From an uncultured virus (IMG/VR IMGVR_UViG_3300049172_000101) (lineage: Duplodnaviria; Heunggongvirae; Uroviricota; Caudoviricetes), in the IMG/VR virus record IMGVR_UViG_3300049172_000101: a stretch of DNA of 64,000 nucleotides. One strand, given 5' to 3'. How positions within the stretch are numbered: position 1 is the first letter of the stretch; each line of letters begins with the position of its first letter. A program made the translations under genes and the position numbers. Positions 8,538 through 17,342 of the stretch are shown piece by piece. The notes beneath the pieces were generated by a model that was given only the letters and a program-made list of their open reading frames with translations, was not told where the DNA came from and made no database searches.

Positions 8538-9509
8538 ATGTCTTGGGCTACGCCTGTTACGCCGAGACCTGTACGCCGTTGGTGGCAGCATCCGGCTCTG
8601 GTGATCACGTTGCTGGTGGTGTTACCGCCGGCGGGAATCTTGCTGGCGTGGTTCACGAAGTGGTCGACGCGGGCGAAGGTCGTCGCGTCGGTGCTGTCGC
8701 TGCTGTGGTTCATTCTGATCTTGACGGCGGATCCGGAGGAGCAGAAGCCGGCCGGGGATGCGCGGCCCGCCGCGTCGGAGCCTGCGAGCGCCTCACCCTC
8801 CCTCTCCCCGTCGCCGTCGCCGAGCGAGACGGAGCTGCCGGACTACACGGGCCGGACACTGCGGGTGGCGAAGTCCGCGGCCTACGAAGACGGCTACAAC
8901 GCGGTGTCGCACGACGCGTCCGATGGGGACGCCGGGCAGTGGGACGACGACAACTGGACCGTGTGCTTCCAGGCGGTGACCGGCACGTCGAAGACGATCG
9001 ACTTCGGTGTGGTGCGCACGGGCCAGCCGTGCCCGAAGCGGGACGGGGATCCGATCCCGTGGCCAGAGATGCCGGACGTGGTCGGTCTGACGTTCGACAA
9101 GGCGTCGGTGAAGGTCGAAAAGCTGGGCGTGAAGGAGATCACGACTGAGGGCGCGTACACGGACGTGACACCGCCGACCAACCCCGACTCGTGGAAGGTG
9201 TGCTTCCAGGACCCGGAGGCGGGTGAGCGGGTGGAGTACCCGAAGAACGCGACCGTGACGTTGAAGGTGACGGAGCCGGGGACGGCGTGCCCGAGCGAGG
9301 AGTTCACTGAGCTGCACCCGGACCCGGTGGTGACGGAGGACAGCGATCCGGACTCGGACGGGTCGGGTTCTGTCTCGGGTGGCGGGTCGGCGTTCTACCC
9401 GAACTGTGCTGCGGCCAGGGCTGCGAATGCTGCTCCGCTGTATCGGGGGCAGCCGGGTTACCGGTCGGCGCTGGACCGGGATGGTGACGGGATCGCCTGC
9501 GACCGCTAA
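8538..9509 (+). CDS. Membrane-anchored protein with two PASTA-like domains and a C-terminal Excalibur Ca-binding domain
   Basis: Two N-terminal TM helices; LPDYTG/MPDVVG...WxVCFQ repeats; YPNCAAARAANAAPLYRGQPGYRSALDRDGDGIAC Excalibur motif. Confidence 0.88.
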   Translation: MSWATPVTPRPVRRWWQHPALVITLLVVLPPAGILLAWFTKWSTRAKVVASVLSLLWFILILTADPEEQKPAGDARPAASEPASASPSLSPSPSPSETELPDYTGRTLRVAKSAAYEDGYNAVSHDASDGDAGQWDDDNWTVCFQAVTGTSKTIDFGVVRTGQPCPKRDGDPIPWPEMPDVVGLTFDKASVKVEKLGVKEITTEGAYTDVTPPTNPDSWKVCFQDPEAGERVEYPKNATVTLKVTEPGTACPSEEFTELHPDPVVTEDSDPDSDGSGSVSGGGSAFYPNCAAARAANAAPLYRGQPGYRSALDRDGDGIACDR

Positions 9510-9531
9510 CCGGACCAAGGTCCGCATAGCC

Positions 9532-9566
9532 GCGCCCCCGCACCTCGATCCGAGGTGCGGGGGCGC
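9532..9566. repeat. Palindromic repeat, copy 2 (terminator-like)
   Basis: GCGCCCCCGCACCTCGATCCGAGGTGCGGGGGCGC, between convergent genes. Confidence 0.8.
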
Positions 9567-9578
9567 TGTCGTGCGCGG

Positions 9579-9890
9579 TTACAGGTAGGCGCGGCCGGGA
9601 AGCGCCGCGGTCTCCTTGCCGGGCCGCATCTCAATCCAGGTGAGGATCGCGGCGACGACGGCGAGGACGGTGATGTACACGCCGCCGAAGAAGTCGGGGA
9701 TGCCTTCGATGGTGTCGTTGCCGACGAGGGCGAGCATCACGACTTCGATGGCGACGGCGGCGACGCTGCCGGCGAGGAGGCCGCTGTCTTTGCGGGTGCG
9801 GCGGGTGAGCCTCAGGTAGAGGAAGGGGGCGAAGGCGAGGAGGCCGGCGCTGGCGAGGGGGACGAGGGTCCAGGCGATGCGTTTGATCAC
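9579..9890 (-). CDS. Small membrane protein
   Basis: Three hydrophobic helices; AGGA RBS before GTG. Confidence 0.65.
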   Translation of the reverse strand: MIKRIAWTLVPLASAGLLAFAPFLYLRLTRRTRKDSGLLAGSVAAVAIEVVMLALVGNDTIEGIPDFFGGVYITVLAVVAAILTWIEMRPGKETAALPGRAYL

Positions 9891-10477
9891 GGCGTGTTTC
9901 CTGTTGATCGGTGGTGGTGTGTGGTGGGCAGCTTGCCGTGTGGGCTGCCGCCACGAACGCACGGTGATCATTCTGTTACAGGGGTGGGCAACTCCCCCAC
10001 CCGTCAGGGCTGTCGGCCTGACCGTCGCCGCCAGCCGGCGCGTGCGGCGGTGAGGTACCGGTACATCTCAGTCTGCCGCTGCATCCTGCGGGTCACGTGC
10101 CCGCTCCACAGAACGTAGATCAGGGCACTGACGCTGACGGCGAGGGCGATACAGCCGAAGATCACGACAGCTCCCTGATCCAGGTAGCAGGCTTCAAAGC
10201 GAGCCCGCCGCGGAAGCGGTCCCACCAGTAGGGCTTACCGAAAAGCCACACCACACGAAGGGCATCGGGGTCACGGATCACGGCGTCTCCTTCGTGCGGG
10301 GTAGGTGGTCGGTGAGGTGCTGGCTGTAGGCGGCGAGGCCGCGGGCGAAGAGGACGCCCCAGCCGTCGGGGTCGGCGGGCCGGCCGGCGGCGTCCCATTC
10401 CTCGCCGAGGTCTTGCAGGACCGACCAGTAGGCGCGGCAGGAGTCGCAGGTGGTGGCGATCTCCTGCCGCAGCCAGG

Positions 10478-10981
10478 TCACAACTGGTCCTGCTCGGGGG
10501 TGGTCGAGGCCGCGTCGTACTCGCAGCCGGGACAGGAGACGGGAACGCTGTGGGCGGGGATGCACGGCGGCCCGTTGTCCGCGGCTGCCTCGGCGACGCT
10601 GGGGCCGGCGTCGCGGTTGGGCCAGGTGAGCGTGCCGTCCCGGTGCCGCCCGTCATGGCCGACGGGCAGCGTGCAGCGCTCGTTACCGAGGGCGTTGGGG
10701 GCGCTGCTGCTCGCCTGGCACGGGGTGGCCACGGGCTCGTAGGTGACGGCGAAGATGTCGTCTCGGCACGGGTAGAACTCTCCGGCGACGCCTCGGATGA
10801 TCCAGTCGCCATACTCGAACTTCACCCACGTGTCGTGCAGTCGGTCGTAGACGTGGAAGTCGCGGTCGACGTCGTTGAGCTTGACGAGTCCATTCGTGAA
10901 GTCGATCAGCTCCCGCATGGACATGTTCTCGGTCCACTGCACGGCTTCGATCTGGACGGGCTTCTTGCGGAACATGGGCAT
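10478..10981 (-). CDS. Conserved phage protein
   Basis: FRKKPVQIEAVQW...GDWIIRGVAGEFYPCRDDIF...YE family motif; GAGGAG RBS. Confidence 0.8.
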   Translation of the reverse strand: MPMFRKKPVQIEAVQWTENMSMRELIDFTNGLVKLNDVDRDFHVYDRLHDTWVKFEYGDWIIRGVAGEFYPCRDDIFAVTYEPVATPCQASSSAPNALGNERCTLPVGHDGRHRDGTLTWPNRDAGPSVAEAAADNGPPCIPAHSVPVSCPGCEYDAASTTPEQDQL

Positions 10982-10983
10982 GG

Positions 10984-11568
10984 TCACTGCTCCTCGGGCT
11001 GGTCGGTTGAGGGCCGGATGGCGTTGTGCAGCTCGGCGAGCCGCTTGTCCCACCATCGGGCGATGGGCGTTCCGAGCGGCGGGGGCCCGGCTTTCACCCA
11101 CCGCTCGTAGAGGGCGGCGACGAGGCGGTTGGTCAGGGCTTGGTTTTCGGTCGCTTGGGTCGCTGACGGGCCGGGCGCCGGCTGCTCGCCGTGGAGCAGT
11201 TTGTCGCCGGCGCAGGGGTCGGGGCAGTTGAGGCGTGAGCAGGTGAGGTAGCCGCCGTTGCCGAGGAAGAGGGACGCGCCTCGGCAGGCGGGGCAGCGGC
11301 CCTGGACGAGAGGGTGGTTCGCGGCGGCCGGGGCGGTGGAGGCCGGCAGGTCGACAGGGTCCTGCCGCTCCCGTTCGGCCTGCTGCCGGCGGGCCCAGTC
11401 GATGGGTCCGCGGGGCTCCTGCCCGTCGCCGAGGCCGTCAGCGCCCGCCTGAGCGCCGTTTCCCGCCTCCGACGCCTCTCGCATCCCGGAACCGCCGTTC
11501 AGGCCGTCCTGCGGCCCGCTGGGCGCGTTCTCAGGCGCCTGCCGGGTGTTGGGGTCGGTGTGGGTCAT
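10984..11568 (-). CDS. Hypothetical protein with Cys cluster
   Basis: CPAC...LTCSRLNCPDPC; start coupled to the upstream stop. Confidence 0.6.
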   Translation of the reverse strand: MTHTDPNTRQAPENAPSGPQDGLNGGSGMREASEAGNGAQAGADGLGDGQEPRGPIDWARRQQAERERQDPVDLPASTAPAAANHPLVQGRCPACRGASLFLGNGGYLTCSRLNCPDPCAGDKLLHGEQPAPGPSATQATENQALTNRLVAALYERWVKAGPPPLGTPIARWWDKRLAELHNAIRPSTDQPEEQ

Positions 11569-11834
11569 GCGGCAGTGTCCTTCCGGGTGCGGGGCGGGCA
11601 GAGCTCGACCTCGTGCGGATGGATGAGTCCGCGGACGAGGCAGATGGCGATGGCGTGGGTGCGGTCGCGTGCACCGAGTTGCTCGTAGGCGAGCCGCATG
11701 TGGGACTTCACCGAGTCCTCGGCGATCCACAACTGCTTGGCGATCTCGGCGTTCGTGCGCCCGTTCGCGGCGAGACGGAGGACCTCAAGGCGGCGGGCGG
11801 TCAGCAGGTTGCGGTCGGCGGGAAGCCCTCTCAC
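11565..11834 (-). CDS. LuxR-type HTH protein
   Basis: LTARRLEVLRLAANGRTNAEIAKQLWIAEDSVKSHM...LGARDRTHA. Confidence 0.9.
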   Translation of the reverse strand: MRGLPADRNLLTARRLEVLRLAANGRTNAEIAKQLWIAEDSVKSHMRLAYEQLGARDRTHAIAICLVRGLIHPHEVELCPPRTRKDTAA

Positions 11835-12006
11835 GGCCGCCTCCCCTGCCGGGCCACGCGCCCGCGGACGTCCAGCAGTCCGTCGGCGCGGGCCAACAGC
11901 AGCAGGGCCCGGCGGAGCACGGCGCCGGGGCGTTCACCGCGGCGGGCGTAGGCGGCGAGGATCGCCGCGGACCCGTCGTCGGGCTGCCAACGCAGCGGCG
12001 GCCGGG

Positions 12007-12237
12007 TCACGACTGCACCTCCGGGTCGATCAGGTCGGCGGCGGCGTCGAGGCCGTCGTCCAGGCCGCGGACGTAGTCGGCCGTCCACTCCGGTTCCCGG
12101 TGGATGAAGTGCTTGCGCTGCTGCTCGGCGAGCTGGTGGGCGTGGGCACGCATCCAGGTCCGTGCTGCATGCTCGGCCTGCTCAGGGGTGTGGGCGACGG
12201 AGAACAAGCCGATCAGGATGGCCTCGATGTTCACCAT
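12007..12237 (-). CDS. Hypothetical protein
   Basis: Coding-like ORF in the early operon; AAAGGA upstream. Confidence 0.55.
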   Translation of the reverse strand: MVNIEAILIGLFSVAHTPEQAEHAARTWMRAHAHQLAEQQRKHFIHREPEWTADYVRGLDDGLDAAADLIDPEVQS

Positions 12238-12422
12238 GTGCTCGGGTCCTTTCGGAGAGGCCGCCGCCCCGGCGTTGGGGCGGCGGATGGTTCAGGGGCG
12301 GGTAATGCCGGGAGAGAAGCGCTGTACGCCTCTGTGAGGCTTCGAAGCGGGCCCCGACAGCGCGAGACCCGCCGGATGGGGCGGGAGGCGCCACAGCGGG
12401 CACTGAGCGCCTCCCACGGGGC

Positions 12423-13028
12423 TCACGCGGACGGAGAGGACGGGCGGGGGTCGTCCTGCCTCGCACCGGCGGCGGGGGTGTGCTCGGCTTCGACCGTGTA
12501 CGTGGTCGTCTCGCGGACGATGCGGCGGTGCACGGGCGCGCCGTCCTTCCACATGGGCGCCTTCTCGATCATCAACTCATAGCGCTCCATGGCCTGCTCC
12601 CGGACCGGCCAGGGGGTGCCGGGCGCCCACTCGTTGGCCAGGGGGTCGAGCATCTCGACGCGCCAACGGTGCTGGGGCGGGTGCGCCTCGGCGGGCTGTG
12701 TCTCGGCGGCCAGGCGGCGCAGCTTCTCGGCGCCGTCCATCACTCCGCCGTTCCAAGCGTCGCGGTACGTGTCGTAGCCGTAGTCGTTGCTGTCCGTTTC
12801 GTAGTCCATACGGCCGAGCTCGTCGGCGGCTTCGCGGAGGGCGGCGGCCTGGTCGACGGGCGCGGTGGCATCGGCGCACTGGATCGCGGTCCGGCTTTCG
12901 ACAGCCGACTCCAGATCAGCGATGAGGGAGCGGACGCGGTCAGCCTCCCAAGCGGGCAGCAGAGCGAGGGACTCGTGGACGGCGCGCCGGGCTTCGGCGA
13001 CGAGTGCGTCAGGGGTCGGGTCGGTCAT
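12423..13028 (-). CDS. Hypothetical protein
   Basis: AAAGGA RBS; coding-like composition. Confidence 0.6.
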   Translation of the reverse strand: MTDPTPDALVAEARRAVHESLALLPAWEADRVRSLIADLESAVESRTAIQCADATAPVDQAAALREAADELGRMDYETDSNDYGYDTYRDAWNGGVMDGAEKLRRLAAETQPAEAHPPQHRWRVEMLDPLANEWAPGTPWPVREQAMERYELMIEKAPMWKDGAPVHRRIVRETTTYTVEAEHTPAAGARQDDPRPSSPSA

Positions 13029-13114
13029 GGCGGGTCCTTTCGGTGGCTGCCCGGGACAGGGCAGCCACGAGACGGTCAGGCGGCGGGGCGGGGGTTTCGC
13101 GGGTCGACCGGTCC

Positions 13115-13360
13115 CTATCGGCCGAGGCCGGTCGCGTCGGTCTGGAACTCGATGACGACCTGGTCGTCGCGGACGTGGAAGCGGAGTGCGTCGTCGCTCA
13201 ACGGCTGCTCCCGGTCGAGGCCGTGGTGCTCCCGGTAGGCCAGTTCGGCGACCGCCCACGCCTTACCGATCTCCGCGGCGGCGGCACCCCACGGTTCGGC
13301 GGCGGGGACGATCCAGCGGCGGATCGTGCGGGTGACCGTCTCGGTCGTGAAGTCAGCCAC
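13115..13360 (-). CDS. Hypothetical protein
   Basis: GAGGAGG RBS; overlaps the upstream stop. Confidence 0.65.
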   Translation of the reverse strand: MADFTTETVTRTIRRWIVPAAEPWGAAAAEIGKAWAVAELAYREHHGLDREQPLSDDALRFHVRDDQVVIEFQTDATGLGR

Positions 13361-13781
13361 GGCCGGCCTCCTCGGCGGCGGGGCGGGCGAAGCGGTTGGC
13401 CCAGCCGACGGTGACGTTGGCGCAGTGGTCGCCGTCGTGGCCGGGGTCGAGGTCGCACACCTCGTCGTCGTACTGGTCGCCGCAGATGTCGGGGTCCAGG
13501 TCGGTCGGCGTGAGGCGGGCGGGGCAGAACCGGGCGGCCTTCTCGCCCGCGAGGTCGAGCCACATGAAGTGGCCGACGGTCAGCTTCCGGTCGGCGTGGA
13601 AGAAGCAGTCCGCGAGCTCCGGCCGGCCCTTGGCGGCGAGGACGGGCCGCAGGTGCGGGATGGCGTGCTCGGCGACCTTGCGGGCCGCGACGGTGCGGTC
13701 GGCGAAGTCCACGGTGATCGGCGGCACAGGCCACGCCGGGCCGAACTCGATCCGGTAGACGGTGGTGGGCTGGTTGGTCAT
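13353..13781 (-). CDS. Hypothetical protein
   Basis: GGAGGA RBS; C-terminal C...C...H...H motif. Confidence 0.6.
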   Translation of the reverse strand: MTNQPTTVYRIEFGPAWPVPPITVDFADRTVAARKVAEHAIPHLRPVLAAKGRPELADCFFHADRKLTVGHFMWLDLAGEKAARFCPARLTPTDLDPDICGDQYDDEVCDLDPGHDGDHCANVTVGWANRFARPAAEEAGRG

Positions 13782-13858
13782 GGGTTCCTCCGGGTGGGGT
13801 GGGTAGGGTCGGGCCAGGCCCCGGGGCGCGATAGCCGCGCGCCCCGGGGTCACGGCAT

Positions 13859-14053
13859 TCACGGGGTGGTCTGCGTGGCGTGCTGCGGGCAGAGGTCACG
13901 GCCGTCGCGGGTGCGTCGCCAGCCGCGGTGTTCCTTCAGCAGCCGACGGAGTTCGCGGTGGGTGTGCGGCTCGAAGCGGACCGGCCAATGCCCCTCGGGC
14001 TCCTCGCAGCCAGAGCCGTCGCACAGGATGACCAGGTAGGCGTCGGCGGTCAT
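13859..14053 (-). CDS. Small Zn-binding hypothetical protein
   Basis: CDGSGC...GWRR...DLCPQH; coupled to the methylase stop. Confidence 0.6.
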   Translation of the reverse strand: MTADAYLVILCDGSGCEEPEGHWPVRFEPHTHRELRRLLKEHRGWRRTRDGRDLCPQHATQTTP

Positions 14054-15135
14054 GCGGCCACCTCCGTCGGCTCCACCGCGGGCATCGGGATGCCGGTCGC
14101 TGCGGACACGACGTGCGCGGCCAGCAGCGGCGGCACGGCGTTGGCTATCTGCAGGAACTGCTTGGACTCGCTGCCGTGGAACGGGTAGTCGGCGCGGAAG
14201 CCCTGCAACACGGCGGCCTCGGTGAGCAGCAGGGGCCGCTTCTCCAGGTCGCCCTTACCGTCGACCTTGACCCATTGATAGTCGTGGCGGGCGTGGCCGG
14301 CGACGAGCGTGGCCGCGGGCTGGTCCAAGCGGCGCACTGTGGCGTTCGACCGCTTGCCCTGCCGAAGCACCCACCAGGAACGGGCCTTCTCGGTGAGCGC
14401 CCACGACGGGCCGTCGCACGAGAAGTCGTTCCCGCCCGGCGTCCTGCGCTCCCCGCGGGTGTTAATGCGCAGGCCCGGCTCCAGACCGAGGGCGTCGGCC
14501 ATCGTCACCCGCGGCAGGCGGGTCGCACCGAACAGGTCCGTTGCCGTGTTCTCGCCGTGGGTGGGGTCGGGGGCGGTGACCGAACGGGTGCGGGAGGCGA
14601 TCAGGATGGCGCGCCGGCGGGTCTGCGGCAGCCCGTAGTCGGCGGCGTTGAGGATGCCGCACCACACGCTGTAGCCCCAGCCGCGGAGGACGCCAGCGTA
14701 CTGCTGCCACAGCGGCAGCACGGCGGGTACCTGCTCCATGCACACCCACTCGGGTCGCAGATCGTGAAGCCAGCGCATCGGCTCCGCGGCAAGGATTGAC
14801 CGGCTGTCGCTGCACGCCGCCTTGACGGCGTCGCGGGTGTCACAGCCGTGCGCCAGGTCGTGCACCGCCTGATGGACGAGCGGCAGGTCGCCGATGCCGT
14901 CCTGCTTGCCCGCCGTGGAAAACGGCGTGCACACCGGGGACGAGATCTTGCCCTTGATGCGGCCCTTGAACGGGGCGGTCGGGTACTGGGCGACGTCGCA
15001 CTGGATGACCGGGTGCCCGGCGGCGTGCGCCGTCCGGCAGGCTGCGGTGTCCCACTCCAGGCCGACGTCGGTGAGGCCGAGGAGGCGCAGGCCCTCAGAC
15101 CAGCCGCGCGGGCCGGCGAACAGGTCCACGATCAT
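14050..15135 (-). CDS. DNA (cytosine-5)-methyltransferase
   Basis: Motif I DLFAG, motif IV SSPVCTPFS, motif VI EQV, motif VIII YGLPQTRRR, motifs IX/X EAAVLQGF...QIANAVPP. Confidence 0.92.
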   Translation of the reverse strand: MIVDLFAGPRGWSEGLRLLGLTDVGLEWDTAACRTAHAAGHPVIQCDVAQYPTAPFKGRIKGKISSPVCTPFSTAGKQDGIGDLPLVHQAVHDLAHGCDTRDAVKAACSDSRSILAAEPMRWLHDLRPEWVCMEQVPAVLPLWQQYAGVLRGWGYSVWCGILNAADYGLPQTRRRAILIASRTRSVTAPDPTHGENTATDLFGATRLPRVTMADALGLEPGLRINTRGERRTPGGNDFSCDGPSWALTEKARSWWVLRQGKRSNATVRRLDQPAATLVAGHARHDYQWVKVDGKGDLEKRPLLLTEAAVLQGFRADYPFHGSESKQFLQIANAVPPLLAAHVVSAATGIPMPAVEPTEVAA

Positions 15136-15365
15136 GCGGCGGCCCCCTGCTCCTCGGCGCGCCACCGGTACACGGTCCGCGGGGCAACGCCGATCAGTTC
15201 GGCGATCTCCTCGACGGACACGTCGCGCTCCGTCAACTGCCGGGCAGCGATCCGCCGGCCGAGACGGGTGAGGCCGTGGTCGGGCAGCCGGTCGCGGACG
15301 ACGAACTCGACGTCCTGCTCGTCGGCCGTGGACCACGTCTCACGGGCCCTGTGCCAGGCGTTCAT
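15132..15365 (-). CDS. Small HTH protein
   Basis: SVEEIAELIGVAPRTVYRWR. Confidence 0.7.
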   Translation of the reverse strand: MNAWHRARETWSTADEQDVEFVVRDRLPDHGLTRLGRRIAARQLTERDVSVEEIAELIGVAPRTVYRWRAEEQGAAA

Positions 15366-15751
15366 GCGGCGGTCCTCTCGGCTTCGGTGTAGCGGCGGGC
15401 GTGGACGGTGGCAGGCGGCAGCGGGAGGCCGTCCGTGTGGCAGCGCTCCCCCGGCCCGACCTGACACGCGGGGCAGCCGGCGACGGTCTGCGCCCACACC
15501 GCGAGCCGCTGCTGATGCGGCTTCGGCAACGTCTTGTCGCGGCTCAGCACGTGGCAGCGCTGATCCGGGCCGGCGTGGCAGTGCGGGCACGTGATCCCGT
15601 TGACGTCCCGGCGCCGACCGGAATGAGGCCACTCCTTCACCACCGCGGTCCCCAGCCGGGCCTTACCCTCGGCGATCTGCTCACGCAGCAGGCTCTTCAG
15701 CGAGCCGTTCTTGCGGGCCGCCGCGATCTGGGCAGCGTCAAAGTCAGTCAC
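15362..15751 (-). CDS. Zinc-finger protein
   Basis: Two CPxC...C...H repeats. Confidence 0.7.
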   Translation of the reverse strand: MTDFDAAQIAAARKNGSLKSLLREQIAEGKARLGTAVVKEWPHSGRRRDVNGITCPHCHAGPDQRCHVLSRDKTLPKPHQQRLAVWAQTVAGCPACQVGPGERCHTDGLPLPPATVHARRYTEAERTAA

Positions 15752-16503
15752 GACGCCTCCTCGACGATGTCGGCGTCGTGAATCGCCTGCTCGGCCTGCA
15801 TCCGCTCGAGCGCCCGGCGGGACGCCTCACGGATCCGTGCCTCCTCCGCGGCCCGCTCCTCCGGCGACTGCAGCGGCTCGCCCGACGCGGCCCGGATACG
15901 GGCGGTGTGCGGCTTCGCCAGCGGCTTCCCCAGCGGGTACTTCGCGGTCGCCTTGCTGCCCTTGCACGGGAACCCGATCTCGGCCCTGCACATCGGGCAC
16001 TCGACACCCAGCGGACCGGACCGGCGCACCGTGTCGATCACCTCGGGCGCGGGCTCGTCCTCGTCGCCGTCGACCGTGCGGTTGCCTTCCCAGCCGCGGG
16101 CCTCCAACTCGGCCATGAACTCCCGCGACGGTCCGCCCTCAAGCGCCAGCCGGCCCGTAGGGGCCGCTATCCGGCCGGAGGCGATCGCCTGCACCTGACC
16201 GCGGTAACGGGCCAGGTACTCGCCGACCGTCTCGTCGGGCAGCGGCTCGTACTGGAAGTTCTCCAGCCGCTTGTTGCGGATCCTCGTGCGGAGCGTGCGC
16301 ACGTGATGCGGCAAGATCCACAGCCGCTCGCTGGGGTTCTGCGGCGGCGTCGAGTAGTACGCGGCCACAGCAGCCTTGGCGTCGTTGTCGAGAGGCACGT
16401 CGTGGAGGGCAGCGGCCCAGGACTGGGCAGCAGCGAGAGAGGGCTGCCGGTTATCGAAGCCGGAGCAGTGCGCGAGCAGTTCGGCAGCTTCGCTGGCGTT
16501 CAC
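15748..16503 (-). CDS. Replication-associated protein (helicase loader/inhibitor-like N-terminus, Zn finger)
   Basis: EAAELLAHCSGFDNR...W...L N-terminus typical of genes following phage initiators; CPMC...C...H. Confidence 0.6.
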   Translation of the reverse strand: MNASEAAELLAHCSGFDNRQPSLAAAQSWAAALHDVPLDNDAKAAVAAYYSTPPQNPSERLWILPHHVRTLRTRIRNKRLENFQYEPLPDETVGEYLARYRGQVQAIASGRIAAPTGRLALEGGPSREFMAELEARGWEGNRTVDGDEDEPAPEVIDTVRRSGPLGVECPMCRAEIGFPCKGSKATAKYPLGKPLAKPHTARIRAASGEPLQSPEERAAEEARIREASRRALERMQAEQAIHDADIVEEAS

Positions 16504-17306
16504 GCGGAGTCTCCTTCCTGGCGGAGTTGGGCGGCTACGGCAGCCCAGCCGGCGACCTTGGCGTCGGTACCGGTGAGCTGCTGGCCGTTGGGGAGCTGGT
16601 AGACGTTCGGGGCGTTCTGGGCTTTGCGGAGTTCGGCAAGGGCGAACTGGAGGGTGCCGCCGGTGACGGGCTTGCTGAGCTCGCCGATGCGCTCGAGGGC
16701 TTGCCAGAGCTCTGCGGCAGCGACGCCGTTGCGGAGTGCCTCGTCGATGGCCCGACGGATGGTGCGCTTCCCCTGGGCGGTGGTGTGGCCGTACTGCTCC
16801 CACCACTTGGTGAAGATCTGCTCGCCGAGCGGCGGTTCGTCGCTGGGGGCTGGGGGGTGGTTCCCCTGGTGGTTCTCTGATGGTTCTAGTGGGGGTTCGG
16901 GTGAACTTTGGACGGGGTTTTCGGGCTCAAAGTTCGGGGTTTCTGCTCCAAAGTTCGGGGTTTCGGGCTCAAAGTTCGGGGTTTCTGTGGTCGATACCCC
17001 GTCAAATGTGCGGGGTTCCTGGTCAGTAACCCCGTCAGATGTGCGGGGTTTCGGGGTGATGCGGTACCGGTTGGAACGGTGCCGGCCGCCACCGTTCTCG
17101 ACCTCCAGCTCGCCGATCTCGACGAGGGCTGCAATGGCCTTCTGGACGGCCCTCGGACTCAACTTCGTGCGCTCGGCAAGGTCATCAATGGATGGCCAGC
17201 AGAAGCCGTTGTCGTCGGCCCGGTCAGCCAGCGCGAGCATGACGAGCCGGGCCCCATTGCGGGACTCGGATCGGGCCCACACCCAGTTGGTGACCTTGAT
17301 GCTCAC
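16500..17306 (-). CDS. Phage replication initiator (HTH_36-type)
   Basis: ARLVMLALADRADDNGFCWPSIDDLAERTKLSPRAVQKAIAALVEIG wHTH; internal DNA repeats. Confidence 0.82.
   Translation of the reverse strand: MSIKVTNWVWARSESRNGARLVMLALADRADDNGFCWPSIDDLAERTKLSPRAVQKAIAALVEIGELEVENGGGRHRSNRYRITPKPRTSDGVTDQEPRTFDGVSTTETPNFEPETPNFGAETPNFEPENPVQSSPEPPLEPSENHQGNHPPAPSDEPPLGEQIFTKWWEQYGHTTAQGKRTIRRAIDEALRNGVAAAELWQALERIGELSKPVTGGTLQFALAELRKAQNAPNVYQLPNGQQLTGTDAKVAGWAAVAAQLRQEGDSA
16900..17058. repeat. Iteron-like repeats inside the initiator gene (probable origin)
   Basis: Three 21-bp-spaced copies of AAAGTTCGGGGTTTC plus two copies of ACCCCGTCA(A/G)ATGTGCGGGGTT. Confidence 0.75.
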
Positions 17307-17342
17307 TGAGATCTCTTCTCGGTACGCAGGGGCAGACGGAGA

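Noticed and set aside
16900..17058. Mini CRISPR array
   Set aside because: The period is too short and the repeats lie in frame within a gene; better explained as iterons.
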